Part shown: piece by piece, positions 40,621-52,936 of the stretch
Layout: each line of letters begins with the position of its first letter
Position numbering within the stretch: the stretch's first letter is position 1
NCBI GenBank assembly: GCA_951406725.2
Contig: OX597814.1
Span: 88,784,001 to 88,848,000, forward strand
DNA length: 64,000 nt
Direction: 5' to 3'
DNA from: Octopus vulgaris
Lineage: Eukaryota
Notes under the pieces: generated by a model
What the model saw: only the letters and a program-made list of their open reading frames with translations
Databases searched by the model: none
What the model was told of the DNA's origin: nothing
Translations under genes and position numbers: made by a program

Positions 40621-40792
40621 TTATATTTATCCTACATTATATCGGTACAGCTTGATGCAACCCCTCAAAACTAGTTCACCAGTCAGCATCATTAGACTGT
40701 GGCCGGCATAATGGAATGGAAGCTTTATTTGCATATTCAAAACGTTTCCCGTACCCGTAAACAAATTATATATATATACATACATACATACA

Positions 40793-40877
<85 letters not shown>

Positions 40878-41494
40878 TATAATTCGAAGTTACGAAAGGT
40901 AGCGAAAAGATCGCCACCGGATAAAAAAACGTCAATAGAAAATTCCAAAATGCAAATCATTCATTTTTTTATCACACAATTAATTATGCATTCGGTTCAG
41001 TTCTCTTCGTATTGCTTTTTCATTTGGAGGGCGTCATGGTCTAGGTGTGGTCTCACAGTAGAAAATTTCGTATTTTTACATTGTATTTATTTGTCAGTGC
41101 TCTACTTTCCTTCTACTTGCTCCGCTCCTTAGATCGACTCTTAAAACGAAAGAAAAGATATTAATACGAGTCTTACGTCAAATCATTGCTGAAACAGGAT
41201 TGGACAATTGAAGTTGTTATTCATTCTTACTTCAACTCCAGTCGCATATTAATTCAGTTATACAGATTATTTACACCTATCGGATTGTATAGACTACCTT
41301 GTCTTTGATTTACTTGTTGCTTAACCTTAGAAAAGAAAACCTGTTTGGGTGAGTACAAAGTATAAATATATACATACACTACACACATATACACCTCATA
41401 CATGCACACACATACACATGCATCGACACTCACACACTCGCATGCATACACACGCACATACATATTTATATTACGCAAATATATTTATATATTA

Positions 41495-41552
<58 letters not shown>

Positions 41553-44500
41553 CGTGTGTGTGTTCTTAATTGCTCGGCCCTGGTTAAATAATCTCTCTCT
41601 CTCTCTCTCTCTCTCCTGTCAACTGGATCACCACACCTCCTTTCGTCGGATGCTCTGACTTCCGATTTTTCGAGTGGAAATCCTGTGTCTTCAAGTATTT
41701 GAGAGGCCCACTTCTTAAACGACCTTTCATGTGGTCTGGGGTTTAGTCTTAGCGGAAAGCCTTACTTTTTCTCGTTACTAAGTAGCCTTCCAGTCAAACT
41801 ATTTTAGTCTCTTCTTTCTTATGACTTCGATATTAGTGTATATCAAATGAAAAGTTTTTTCTTATGACAGTAATCCTACATCTATTGCATAATAATAACC
41901 CTAATGTGAACCGAAAACACCAATTTTCAAAAACTTCTAGTCTGGGAGTAACTTCATATGTTAAGGTCCGTGTTTCTGGGACGTAGATAGAGATGTGGAG
42001 AATAAGAGCATTTTACAGCTTGACATTTTAGTTGCGGGTTGATATCATACCTGTAAGTCTTCTAAACTCAGTACATGCTAGAGAGACCCGTCCTCTCCCT
42101 TCTGTACCATTTCATGCTATGCTACCGATAAACACATACGCTGTAATGTATTCCACTTCGGAACTATTCAACATGGTATATTTCCTTACTAGATGACAGG
42201 ATAGTAGATAATAGAGTTATACTGTTGGCATATCTACTGTGTATGGAGAAAGTGTTAGTGAGTACCAGACCTGTGTCCAAGATTTTCGCTTCATTCATGA
42301 CGAATTCCAGGAAGATGTTGGAAAAGGACAGAACAGCGCTGGCAGCTTTGTCTCAAGGTCTCAGTATATTTCAAACCCACCCTTCAGGATCACGACACAC
42401 TCCTCGTGTCATGAGCCCTAGGGTAATACTCTTCCTGAACGGTACACCATCCGCCCCGAGGTAACTTCCCAGCTATTGCTGGAACTCGTTTACAGTTGAG
42501 TGAACTGGAGCAACGTGAAATAAAATATTTCACTCAAGAACACAATTCACTGTTCGGGTGGGGTTTCGATTAACCGCTGGACCACGCTCCTTCACCTGTT
42601 GTTTCATAGCACCTCAATAATTTGCGCTATTGCTGACATCATTTCCACTGGGCCTTCCTCCAGATCACGTTGAACTTTGTTTTATTATTGATGAATTTGA
42701 AATACAGGGTCACTTGAGTTCCTTTTGCTTTTTCAGTTATCATTCTGAACATAAAAGTGTAATTAAGCCAGGTGTAAAATCAAACTGACTTCTACTGCAA
42801 CCCCTTCGGTTTTACTTTTCATTCTAACAAAGAAGATTCTACCAAACACTTTTCCTGGTATTAATAAGAGAGAAATAACTATTGTTTTCCGAATTTTTGC
42901 TTATCATTCTACTTGTAGAGTGGTGTTACCGGCATACGGGTTTAATCTTTTAGTATTTCGTTACCTTTTTAATTTCTTCTTTCGTTATTTCTGCATGAAT
43001 ATCCAGACCACGTGGGCCATACAGAAATTTTGATGTTGCTTCTGAATTATATGGAAATTCAATGTTTTCTGAAATAAATTTTCCCAATATTGAAGTATCC
43101 CAGTTATATTTGTTTGTATGTTACAATAATTATTTTAGAATGCACTGTATGTTTTCTATTCCTCATTCTATTGACTGATTGGAAATTATTGTTCTTAATG
43201 TCAGCCTCAGGTAATTCAGTTTTGTCTTGTAGGTTTCTGTATTTTAACTTGTTTTCACTCAATTTGTTTAGTTTGTGACGATAAAAAATTGTTGTTATAA
43301 TTGCCATGTTGTAGGATGTGAAAGATGAACAATGCATGAAGTTTTAAGGAAATATTTATTTACCGTTACATTACAATACCTTGCCTCGACAGGCAGGTTA
43401 TGATAAAACCAAAAGCATGCGAATGATGTTGTAAGAGAACAGAATTAGAGCTAGTGAGAGTTGTAGGGTTGTGGAACGTTGTTTCACAGTTGCTGACTGT
43501 AACCTTCATTTCTCCCTCTGAACAAGGTTTTAGCTGGTCAGCCAGACTTCGTTCTCACTGAGTTGTCACCGAGTGACTGAACTATCTTTTTGCTTGGGGT
43601 TTATGCTTTTATAACTATCCAGAAGGAGAGACATATTGTTGAGAACAATGGACTTCGTTGGTGGTATTATGATATCTCTATTCTAGCTTTTGGTGAAGTA
43701 GAAGAGGTTAGAAAGGGTCAAGTGGTGAAGACATTATTTAGGCCTAAATAAAGACATCTGGAAAATGTAAAACTGCTGTCAGAGAAAAATCATTGTTCCA
43801 CTGTGAGAAAAGTTCTGTTGCAGTGTTAATTTAAATTTGGCTATGGTGGATCAAATCCACTTCATGCTTGCAAGATCCACTACAAGTTCAATGTATTTTC
43901 GATTTTGGCGATTTTCTTTACTTACATACGCGCGCGCGTGTGTGTGTATAACTGGGCTTTAACCAACTTTTAAGCAATATCTCTCAATTTGAAATAATAA
44001 CCCTCAAAATCTACATGTCTTTACCAATAAATAAATCTATTTATTCCGATCGGATAGAATTCTGAAGTTCTTGAAATTTGCTGAATTCTTCAAAGACGCT
44101 CCAAACTGTTACTTGATTGTTTGAATGCCTGCTTTTGAAGGAGGTTTAATGTTTAAAACAAAAGTCTTAGAGAGAAATCTGGGGAGTAAATTAAGTGAAT
44201 TCAATTTCCGACGAGTCATTTGCATGACACATGTTCAGGTATTATCATAGAAAAGAACTGATCCATTAAGACTGACCAACGCTAGACTCATAAAACTTCA
44301 CTCACCAATAACGCATCGACCAGCATTCTATTTGTTTTACTTATTTTCTGGGGTTTTTTTTTACCGTTTCTTTAACAGACACTGCTTTTGCGATCGATCA
44401 AACTGCATATCAATAGACTATGCTCAACTAATTTTTTCTATATTACACTATCTCCAGTTCCTTTTTTTACACCCTGTTTTTTTTTTCTTAGTCGCACCGA

Positions 44501-44611
44501 TCTACAGAAGGTCGAGCTTGACATCAACTTATCGATTTCACCAGATTAAGAAGGCATACAAAAACCACGTGTTTTACACTATCTTCACAGAAATATATAT
44601 ATGTATATATA

Positions 44612-45023
44612 GGCGCAGGAGTGGTTGTGTGGTATGTAGCTTGCTTACCAACCACATGGTTCCGGCTTCAGTCCCACGGCGTAGCACCTTGGGCAAGTGT
44701 CTTGTACTTTAGCCTCGGGCCGACCAAAGCCTTGTGAGTGGATTTGGTAGACGGAAACTGAAAGAAGCCCGTCGTATATATGTATATGTATATATATGTG
44801 TGTGTGTGTTTGGGTGTCTGTATTTGTCGCCCCACCTCAATATCGCTTGACAACCGATGCTGGTATGTTTAAGTCCCCGTAACTAGCGGTTCGACAAAAA
44901 GAGACCGACAGAATATGTACTAGGCTTACAAAGAATAAGTCCTGGGGTCGATTTCCTCGACTAAAGGCAGTGCTCCAGCATGGCCACAGTCAAATGACTG
45001 AAACAAGTAAAAGAGTAAAAGAA
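44612..45023 (+). mobile_element. S2 SINE, full length
   Basis: tRNA-like head, CCTTGGGCAAGT core, CR1-like tail. Confidence 0.85.
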
Positions 45024-45024
45024 A

Positions 45025-45066
<42 letters not shown>

Positions 45067-45803
45067 ATAAACTGAAAACAGACAGACAGAATTCAGTGGT
45101 TACAGTCAAGCAAGCGAAATCTCCAAGTTGTTCCGAAACAGGGACCCAAAAGTTCACCGAAAAGAGTTGTTTTTTTTTAATATCATCTAGGACCATATCC
45201 CACTCATATCTGAAAATGTCATTTATTTGAAACCTGAGTTGAAAATAAGATAAAATGAGACTTTTGTTGGGTTTATTATATTTATTTGATTAGAGACATT
45301 ATCTTTCGTGCTGATGTTTAATGAATTCCGTGATTAGATAAAAAACAAAAAAACATTAGTTCTATGGTTATTGTTAAAGCAGCGTCACCTTAGTATAAAC
45401 ATATATATTCTCATCAACAGCTCCTTATAATGAAAAAGTGTAATACCTATAACAAAGTCAGTTCATGTGATTTATGCACAAGAATTCTTTCTAATTCTTT
45501 CTAATTTTGACATAAAACCAGCAGCTTCAAGTAGAAAGGAAAATCGCTTACAACGACTCCAGTACTTGACTGGTACATAATTTTATCGACCTCAAAAGGA
45601 TGTAAGGCAAAGTGGACCTCGGTGGGAATTGAGCTCTGAACGTAAGGAACCGGAAGAAATGCTGCTTAGCATTTTGTCCACCACGCTAGCAATTCTACCA
45701 GCCATCCGTCTTGGCTATGTGCAAGAATAACAATGCAGTGTGAACGTGTTTAAATTATACAAACATACATAAATCCACTCTGATCATAAGATATCTCTTA
45801 AAG

Positions 45804-46124
45804 CTGGGTTTCTCAACATTTTTTTTTATCTATTCTCTTTTGATTACTATTCTCTTTTGGTGGAACTCCATAGCTATTCGATGTTTAAAAACTAGTTTTC
45901 TAGATACTTCTTTCAAAATTTCTATTTTGTTATTCACACATTAATATGCGTAGGCTGAATTGTGTAAAGCATTAAAGAAAGAAGCCTGTCTGTCTCTTGC
46001 AATAGAGACATTTAAATCAAAACTTTATATGGACTTTTATAATACTTTTATAGATCCCAATTTTTTATTTTGCTTGCGTGGACCCCCACCCAACTCTTGT
46101 ATAGACCCTGGTTGAGAACAACTG
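45804..46124. mobile_element. hAT (Charlie-like) MITE
   Basis: TIRs CTGGGTTTCTCAAC / GTTGAGAACAACTG. Imperfect 8-bp TSD TCTTAAAG/TTTTAAAC. Confidence 0.6.
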
Positions 46125-47089
46125 TTTTAAACACAGAAAAAAAACGCTAATATAATATCAAAGTGAAGGGATTGTACATGAAAAGGTTAAGTCACATTGA
46201 AAAAATGTATGTCTAAGAAAGTTACTGCTCTGTTTTTGAATAAGGATTCAGTTGATAACTTTAAAGTACTCAAATAATCACTATTCAGTTGGCATTGCTT
46301 CATTTTTTACAACTTAACAGCCAAGAACGAGGAATGAAATGATTGGAGTATTCCTTCCGTGCTTCATCTCCTTCTTTCCTTCCTTCCTTCCCTCCTTCCT
46401 TCCCTTCTTTCTTCTTTCCTTATTTTCTTCCTTCCTTCCTATCCTTTGACTATGTGGTCGTTGGAGCATTCGTTGATGACATCACAGCCAGATTTTGCCA
46501 CTTCTCTCGGTCTTCTGCTACCCTCTGTGATTCGGCGGAACTGAGATCTGTCTACTTTTTCAAGATTAACCCGACCGGGCGACAACCGATCTGATGTGTG
46601 TTCTTTTGCTAGTTGTCATCATCATGAATGTATCATGGGAAAGTTAGCTTGGCAGCGCTCACTCCTCTCCAAGCTGTTAGCCACAACCGTATAACTCTAC
46701 CTGAGACACGCCTTGGTCCCAAACATTAAGCAGCTGACCTGAGCAGATTCCTTCCTCTGGAAGCCTAACCCGGAATCTTTCGCCTACTAGCGCAGTGTTA
46801 ATACACCATCCCCTCACTTGTTTTAGCCCACCAGCTGAAGTAAGATACCGAAGTGTGGCACTGGGAACTATCTAATGAGAAGTTAAGAATTGAACGAGGA
46901 CCAGTGATGCCCGTCTACCTGACCATCCCTGACAAATGCAGCCGCCACACCCCAAAGGCACTACCTCTATTCAGAATTCCTTACACCCCATTAGAGTATT
47001 AGCTGGTACCATTAGAGTATTATCATTCCTAAAACTATGTTAATATCGGCTGTTTGGAGTTGGTTATTAACTCCGGTAGGTATTTGCAA

Positions 47090-47720
47090 TTAGATCACTC
47101 AAGCCAGAGATGCCTCGCTGGATGTGGATGTAGCTAGCAAGTGACATTTTCCATAAAGCTTTGATGAAGTTATGAAACAAATGGAAAAGTATTTGGAATG
47201 AAAATTGTCAGATCTAGAAATGGAAGATTAACAAGAAACTCTTCCTTGGGCATCATGACACAATACTTGATACCATCTTACGGGAAACTACTAGCATGTG
47301 TGATTTGTTTGAAGAATACTACTTCAGGAAATCTGTATTTCGATTCATAGTGGCACTGTTGGCAGAAAATTTTGGCAGAAAATGAGCTATTACAAAAAAC
47401 AACAAAAAATCGTCATTAATATCTTACTCATCTTAGAGATTTTTCAACGAAAATTCTACATTTACTTGAATCGAATTTTAGAAGAAAAAACGAACTTTGA
47501 GAATTGCTGAATTTACAAAATAACAAAATTTTCTGAGATATTTTCAAATGTTTATGTTAATTTGAGAATACTGTCCACAGTTCCAGTTTCAGTAGCATCA
47601 GCAGATATTTTAGCTCAAACATATCAAAAAGATTTTTAAGTTCGACTTATAGATTTAGCGAGATTAAACATCGAATCAAGAATTGCTAGACTTTGATATG
47701 AGTTAGAAATCTTTAATTAG
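47090..47720 (+). pseudogene. hAT transposase relic (C-terminal dimerisation domain)
   Basis: SEIFSNVYVNLRILSTVPVSVASA (~47532-47603) matches the hAT dimerisation motif. The flanking sequence is frameshifted. Confidence 0.7.
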
Positions 47721-49238
47721 GTAGAAATATTTGATTAAGAATTTCTTAAAGAAAAATAACCAGAATATCTTATTTCATTACCTGATTATGATTATCAGTT
47801 GTATTGTTATCTGATGATTCTGACTCACAGTAATGAGGCAATTACGAAGGTTTACTAATGGTCATATACAGACAGCTTGAGTTTAGTCATGTTCAATTAT
47901 ACTTTCAAAGTCACACATCAACAGCTGTTGACTTTGTCCATATTTGAGCATAACCGTATTTTTCTACTAAGAAGAAAAAACTATGACTTAATGTCTTGTG
48001 TTATATCATTATTTTTGTAGATAGCACTTTACTGAGAGTTTAAGATATGTTTTCACATTAAATCTTTAGAGATGACCACCACCTCTCATTTCGGTGTCTC
48101 GAAAGTAGTTTCGCTCCGAGTCGCAAAATTTTTCTGAGTCCTTCCTAAGGAATTGGCGTCAATTGCTATTCAGTGATTGTGATACAACTTCAAAAGGTGA
48201 AGTTAATTTAAATAATGTTTACTTTATACGTATTAGATAAGCCATAATTGAAATTTTATCATGTTTTGTATATGTCTAGGTCCCTAGGCTGCAGGAGATA
48301 AGGTTAAACATTTCAACTGAGCTGTACATTTTGTCCTCATTGTCTTCGTTAGTGTGTGAGAGTCTGTGTGTGTATGTGCACATATGTATGTGTATAGTCT
48401 AATGAAAATGAACTTTATCTAGTCCACAACATACACACACATACATACACACTCGCACGTACACTCCTGAAAACTTACATTTCAGACGGCACATGTTTCC
48501 CTCGTATAAGCAATATTCATTATACGTATATATATACACACATAAATTCCCCCCCAAAATCTGCTTTGGCCACACCTGAAAACCTATAATTCGAACACCA
48601 CATGCTCTCCATTGAATAATAAAATTCTACATATCGTAATATATACACTCCCAAATATTTTAACCATACCAATCAGTTTGATATTCACACATCAATGAAC
48701 ATATGATTACGAACACAAACATACATACGCAGGCAAACACTCCCTAAATAATTGTACCCATTAAAATAGCCATACCAAAATCATTCGGTCTTAACACACC
48801 TTTTACAGCAGAGTCATCTTTAATAATTAATAAGGATCCAAAACAGTAATGCATATATTCTTCTTAATTCGTGCTGGTAGATTGAAACATATTTATGGTG
48901 ACCATATACATCCTTAGTTAGTTTAACAATCAAACTTAGTCACATGCATATATCAATTACAAACGCAATACAATGAAAATAACACATAAAAAAAATGCTC
49001 TTCTTGTGTAATAAATCTAGAATGAGTAAGCAAATAAACACCATAAAAAAAAAATAGTCCAACAATAACCAATCAATGAATGAGGTAGAAAAATAACGAC
49101 CTATCAGCGAACAGAAAATTTGTTTTACATGTATTGCGCATTTCTCTTTCGTTCGAAACAATTCAACGTTTGCGCGCACGCGCGTATGGGTATGTTTGTA
49201 TGTGTGTGTGCGTGCGTGTGTGTGTGTGGATGGGTGTG

Positions 49239-49328
<90 letters not shown>

Positions 49329-49663
49329 TGTTTCTTTATTAGTTACGTATATGTATACACACATAAATTCCCCAAAAAATCTGCTTTGGCCACACAGAGG
49401 AGACAGATTACAAAGTAGAGCTTTTCTTTTTGGGGAGAAAAAAAAGGTAGGGGTAGGTTTTCGATTAAAAGGTATCGTAAAAAAAACGATCAATAGGGAT
49501 CGTGTATCACAGAAATGTCAAGGTGTAAAGTGTAAAGGGGGAAACAGATAAGGTTTATCTGTGGAAAGAAAAGCCTACGGAAAAGACCACGGTAACATCG
49601 GTCAATAATGTCACATGTTAACACATTTATTTGCAAGTAAATAACTCTGTTTTAAATTTTTCC

Positions 49664-50092
49664 AGTAAAATCGTAAGAGCATTATACGAAATACCTTGCG
49701 GTTTTTTTCTGGCTTGTTATGTTTTGAGTTCGAAGCACAAAGGTCAACTTATTCTTTCATTAACTAGCTCACGACCTTCAGAAGTTCTGACCTTGTGCCT
49801 AAATTATAATTCATCCCACTAAGACTTTGTCTTCCATCCCTCTGATGGTCGAAAAAAAAGATACAAGTTAGATATTGGACTCAATGTAATAGACTAACCC
49901 CATCCCTCAAAATTACTAGCCATGTGCCTAAATCAGAACCAGTTATCTCAGTTCAACTACTGAGGTCGACGTGCCCTTCATCCCTTTGGGGTAAATAAAG
50001 TCCAAGTCAAATACTGTGGACGATGGTATTGATTATTAGCCTCCCCTAAAATTGTTTGGTAGTGATGGTAAACGAAGGTGTGAAGCAGAAGC
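49664..50092 (+). repeat. ~430-bp local duplication, copy 1 (copy 2 at 52514-52936)
   Basis: Near-identical block made of old S1 SINE fragments. It shares the same private junctions as copy 2. Confidence 0.9.
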
Positions 50093-50423
50093 AGATAGAA
50101 AGATAGACCCAAAGTTTGTACAACTGTGTATAGATAAATATATTAGTCAATCAAATTCCAATAGAGTCTTATTTTCACATTTTATTTTTGTATGTCTTAT
50201 GATTTTGCAATTTTAGATCTAACAATAGCACAAGTAAAACAAGTACTTTTATGCTTTGAGCAATCTTCAGATTTATGTAGTAGCAGCACTAAAAGGCAGT
50301 TGTGCTTCACAAATGACAGAGGCGCGTGTGTTTGTGTGAGTGTGTGTGTGCCTGTCTGTGTCTGTGTGAATATATATGTGTGTGTATGCATGCATGTATG
50401 TATATACATATGCATATGCATAC

Positions 50424-50458
<35 letters not shown>

Positions 50459-50475
50459 AGTATGTATGTATGTAC

Positions 50476-50545
<70 letters not shown>

Positions 50546-51612
50546 AAATAGTTAAAGTCTGCCCTGTTGATAATTTTTAACCGGTCTCTGTTGATGAAAA
50601 TACCGTAGAAACCAGACTTTGATGCAATTAAACCACATATTCTTTGATATTTTACAATAAATATATTTTATTTATAATCCTTAACCAGTGTCATTGTTTT
50701 GTTTTGTTTTCTCTTTGTGTCTATTTATGTTTTATAATAGACCAGTCTGAAAAAAAGAGAAAATTTAAATTATTTAGTTCTAATTAACTTTTAAAAACGT
50801 TTTTTTTTTTTATTATGGGTTCATGGTTACAAATTTGAGGAAGGATATTTCCTAGTGCCACCATTGATCCCGGTGACAGATAATTATTTTATTGACACCA
50901 AAAGTATGATAGAAAACTACATTCTGTACTGAATAAGAGCCCAAAAATTTTGCAAGTTATCTTATCCGATGCTGTACCGACTCTGCTTCCTATCAAGCTT
51001 AGTAACCCATGAAATAATAAAAACAAATCTTAAAATCCTTCCAATAACAACAAAAAAATTAACGATGAATTAAAAGTAATTCTTGAATTTACAAGTAACT
51101 CTTAAAATATTAATCTATAATCTGAATTCTTTGAATGATTAATTTAAAATGGAGAAATTCCACATTTTATAAAGTTTCTTATTCCTACTTTCGTGCCTAA
51201 ATAGATTTTCATTAAGTTGTTTCTGCGAGTTATCGATTTCGATTATGTCTTCGATTCCGTGCTTCGGTTATGGGTGTAACACACGAACACACGCATGCCA
51301 AGACCACCAGAATAATATCACATTATAGACGTGATTCTGCTTATCACCAAATGAGTTCAAGTGTTGAATAACCTTAGCTATGAAATGACAACGAATGCAT
51401 AATTAGAAATCGTTTACGTTACGAAATAATGTTAATGAAGATTTATTTATAAATTCATGAATGAAAAGAGAAATAGCATTTGTAAAACATGTAATTTCCA
51501 GGAGTCTTGTGAGTATGAGTGAACCAATGAAGTTTGATTTCAGGTATAATGCAGAATTTTTAATGATCCATCTGTACTGAAGCCCAGACTATATCATTAT
51601 CCCACATGCCTT

Positions 51613-51688
51613 GTCCCTGTAACGCAGTGGATAGCGCGCTGGACCTCTTCTAATCCAGAGGTCATGAGTTCGAATCCCACCGGGAATG
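51613..51688 (+). pseudogene. tRNA-Arg(TCT)-like pseudogene, retroposed with an S1 SINE tail
   Basis: GTCCCTGTAACGCAGTGGATAGCGCGCTGGAC[CTC]TTCTAATCCAGAGGTCATGAGTTCGAATCCCACCGGGAATG resembles tRNA-Arg(UCU). It has a 3-nt insertion in the anticodon loop and stem mismatches, and is flanked by a TSD. Confidence 0.75.
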
Positions 51689-52246
51689 ATTAGATCTTAA
51701 CATTTTTTAGCCCCTTGTGGGCAATAAAGAAATATATATCATTATCTCACTTTACAAAAAAAAATTAAAAGAACCTTGTACCTAGCGGAAAGAAATCCTT
51801 GCCTGCATTGTTTTGGTGTCAAAACCGTCATTATTAGCCTCATTTAAGAAGTAACAGGTATGCTAGAGTCCAGAGTTCTTTCGTTTAGATCATCATTCAA
51901 TCCATATCATGTAATGATGTCTGATTTTTGTTGAAGTTGTCTGGATGCACGAGTGCATTCGGCAAATTATATAGCATACTTTCTTCATTGCTGACATCCG
52001 TACTACAGATGTTGTGTATATAGTGTGTGATTCTTGGGTTCATCCTCATTGTGTTTTATTGCTATCAGTCTTGCTATCATTGTTACCATCATCACCACAA
52101 TCATCACCATTATCATCAACAACATGATCAGCAACAACAATAACTTTCTCTGCGTAATTGTTGTCGTTACGGATAGTGACCTGTATTTTTATTCTTTTAT
52201 ATTCCAGATTTGTGGAGAGTAGAAACAGTTTCTCTATGTGCACGGT

Positions 52247-52312
52247 ATGAAACCATTGTACCAATTCTTTACGCTATTGAAAAAGCACATTTTGCTCAGA
52301 AGACGTCAACCA
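52247..52312 (+). CDS. ABCA: ABCA-subfamily ABC transporter, first coding exon (MKPLYQFFTLLKKHILLRRRQP)
   Basis: Polypyrimidine acceptor TTCCAG (exon starts 52208), ATG at 52247, 66 coding nt, donor GTAAGT. It matches the ABCA N-terminus M...Q..LL.K...RRRQ, and human ABCA1 has the same 66-nt phase-0 first coding segment. Confidence 0.85.
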
Positions 52313-52513
52313 GTAAGTCACACACTTTATTCAGTTCCCATTATTAAAGTACTGCTTATGTTCTGAGTTCAGATTCCACTGCGACCTATTTTGCTTTGCC
52401 TCTTTCCGGGTTTGATTAACTATATACCATTCTAGTACTGAAGATGATTTAAGTTACTCAATTCTACTACTAAAATTTTGGTCTTATGCCCAAGTTAGTA
52501 ATTCTTATGGCTT

Positions 52514-52936
52514 AGTAAAACCGTAAGAGCATTATATGAAATACCTTGCGGTTTTCTTTTTCTGGCTTGTTATGTTTTGAGTTCGAAGCACAAAGGTCAA
52601 CTTATTCTTTCATCACGACCTTCAGAAGTTCTGACCTTGTGCCTAAATTATAATTCATCCCACTAAGACTTTGTCTTCCATCCCTCTGATAGTCGAAAAA
52701 AAAGATACAAGTTAGATATTGGACTCAATGTAATAGACTAACCCCATCCCTCAAAATTACTAGCCATGTGCCTAAATCAGAACCAGTTATCTCAGTTCAA
52801 CTACTGAGGTCGACGTGCCCCTCATCCCTTTGGGGTAAATAAAGTCCAAGTCAAATACTGCGGACGATGGTATTGATTATTACCCTCCCCTAAAATTCTT
52901 TGGTGGTGATGGTAAAAGAAGGTGAGAAGCAGAAGC
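52514..52936 (+). repeat. ~430-bp local duplication, copy 2
   Basis: Near-identical to 49664-50092. Confidence 0.9.

Noticed and set aside
43380-43780. Possible solo LTR
   Set aside because: No clear TG...CA termini, TSD or second copy is visible.
50235-50275. Minus-strand CTGAAGA-TTGC..GCAT-AAAA-GTACT hammerhead-like motif (a similarly weak one lies at ~40665-40700)
   Set aside because: The core is damaged and stem I is weak, so it cannot be distinguished from chance in AT-rich DNA.
51613-51688. Functional tRNA-Arg gene
   Set aside because: The 3-nt anticodon-loop insertion, stem mismatches, SINE tail and TSD indicate a retroposed pseudogene.
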